Positions 62,916-64,000 of a DNA stretch of 64,000 bases are shown here, piece by piece. Location: positions 66,523-130,522 of the forward strand of contig JAUCBJ010008661.1 of NCBI GenBank assembly GCA_032718475.1, written 5' to 3'. The notes under the pieces were generated by a model that worked only from the letters and a program-made list of their open reading frames with translations, had not been told where the DNA came from and did no database searches. The position numbers were made by a program, and so were the translations under genes. The DNA is from Nemertoderma westbladi. Lineage: Eukaryota; Animalia; Xenacoelomorpha. The first letter of the stretch is position 1. Every line of letters begins with the position of its first letter.

Positions 62916-64000
62916 TTAAATATTGTGGTATCCCATTATGCGAATAATACACGAGCTCGTTCGAGCTCCATTGATTGATTGATTGATTGATAGTGATCGA
63001 ATTGCGTTATACCGTACGTGAATGAATTTGCACAAGTTAAGCTCGCCAAACATTAGCGATACACTGCAGTCATATTTATACCCAAATAATTTCCTTGCTA
63101 TATTGTTATAACCCACTCTAAATTTGTTGTATAATCTTGCGTCAAAATTGCGGCGAGCCCATAATGAGTTACAATAGAATTGTGAACAGAAAGCTAAAAA
63201 TAGTTTCCGTTTTACATTAATCGAGCAGACACCAAATTTCCTAATTAACATATTGCCACGTCTATAAAGTGCATGTAACTGATTGATAATGTCATGCCCG
63301 TCATCTGTGGAAGCATGAATAATATGGCCTAGATACTTAAATTGATCTACTTGTTCTAACATAACACCATTTATATTAAATTTTGTTGTTACAATAGTTG
63401 TATTCGATTTCGGCACAAAACACATTAATTTGGACTTTTTCACGTTAATCTTGATTGAATGTAATTTTGTATAGTCCTCAAATATACGTAATAGCTTATT
63501 CATGCCATATGCGGAGTTTGATAACACCGTGAGATCGTCCGCATACATGCAATGGTTCGCCCTATGATTACCAATTTGACAACCTACATTGGTAGCATCA
63601 AATTCTAAGCTTAAATCATATAAATAAACATTATAAAATAAAGGGGAAAGAATTCCACCCTGTTTAGTACCATTAGTAACAAAAAATGGGATGGAATGGA
63701 AACCCCCCCATCTCACGCTTATACACTGAAAACGATACCAATAAACCATAACACGAACTAAATACAACGGCACTTTCCGTTCAATCAATTTACTAAAAAG
63801 TTTATAATGATTTACGAGGTCAAAAGCCTTGGATGAGTCTAAAAAGCACACATATATAGGGCTGTCATTATCTAGGTAAAATTGTATAATTTCCTTTAGA
63901 GTGTATATGGCTAGCTCCGTGCCCAACTCCTTTTTAAAACCGAATTGTGAGTCCGTTGTGTATAGGTAATCTGATATTTTTTCTAAATACACATGCTCCA
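62916..64000 (-). mobile_element. Non-LTR retrotransposon RT and C-terminal region (clade unresolved); continues beyond the right edge
   Basis: SQFGFKK, CFLDSSKAFD, GTKQGGILSP, MYADDL, FKYLG. T-rich putative 3' UTR, with a minus-strand A-run at ~62805-62815. Confidence 0.9.

Overview
Eukaryotic, probably invertebrate, repeat-dense DNA with no recognisable host gene. 1-15.3 kb holds two related BEL/Pao LTR retrotransposons arranged tail-to-tail. Copy A (+) shows only its 3' part and a ~1.2-kb LTR (3332-4538). Copy B (-, 5562-15275) has a decayed gag-PR-RT-RH-IN region, a full 5' LTR and a truncated 3' LTR. Between integrase and PPT both carry a non-env accessory region. In copy A it encodes a DEDDy-type 3'-5' exonuclease domain followed by three CCHC-like zinc knuckles and a basic tail. 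In copy B a ~2.5-kb in-frame deletion removes both domains. This exonuclease/zinc-knuckle cargo is the best candidate for an unusual system here. 15.3-25.8 kb is a nest of 5'-truncated LINEs with TSDs, TTAA-flanked piggyBac-like non-autonomous elements, MITE-like palindromes and a dispersed 16-bp motif family. 25.9-59.4 kb is a ~33.6-kb GT-skewed 35-bp satellite with higher-order duplications and layered variants; its many long ORFs are artefacts of a stop-free monomer. 60.5-62.0 kb is a very homogeneous 30-bp minisatellite, and a third LINE RT runs off the right edge. All assignments are by eye from motifs; no searches were run.
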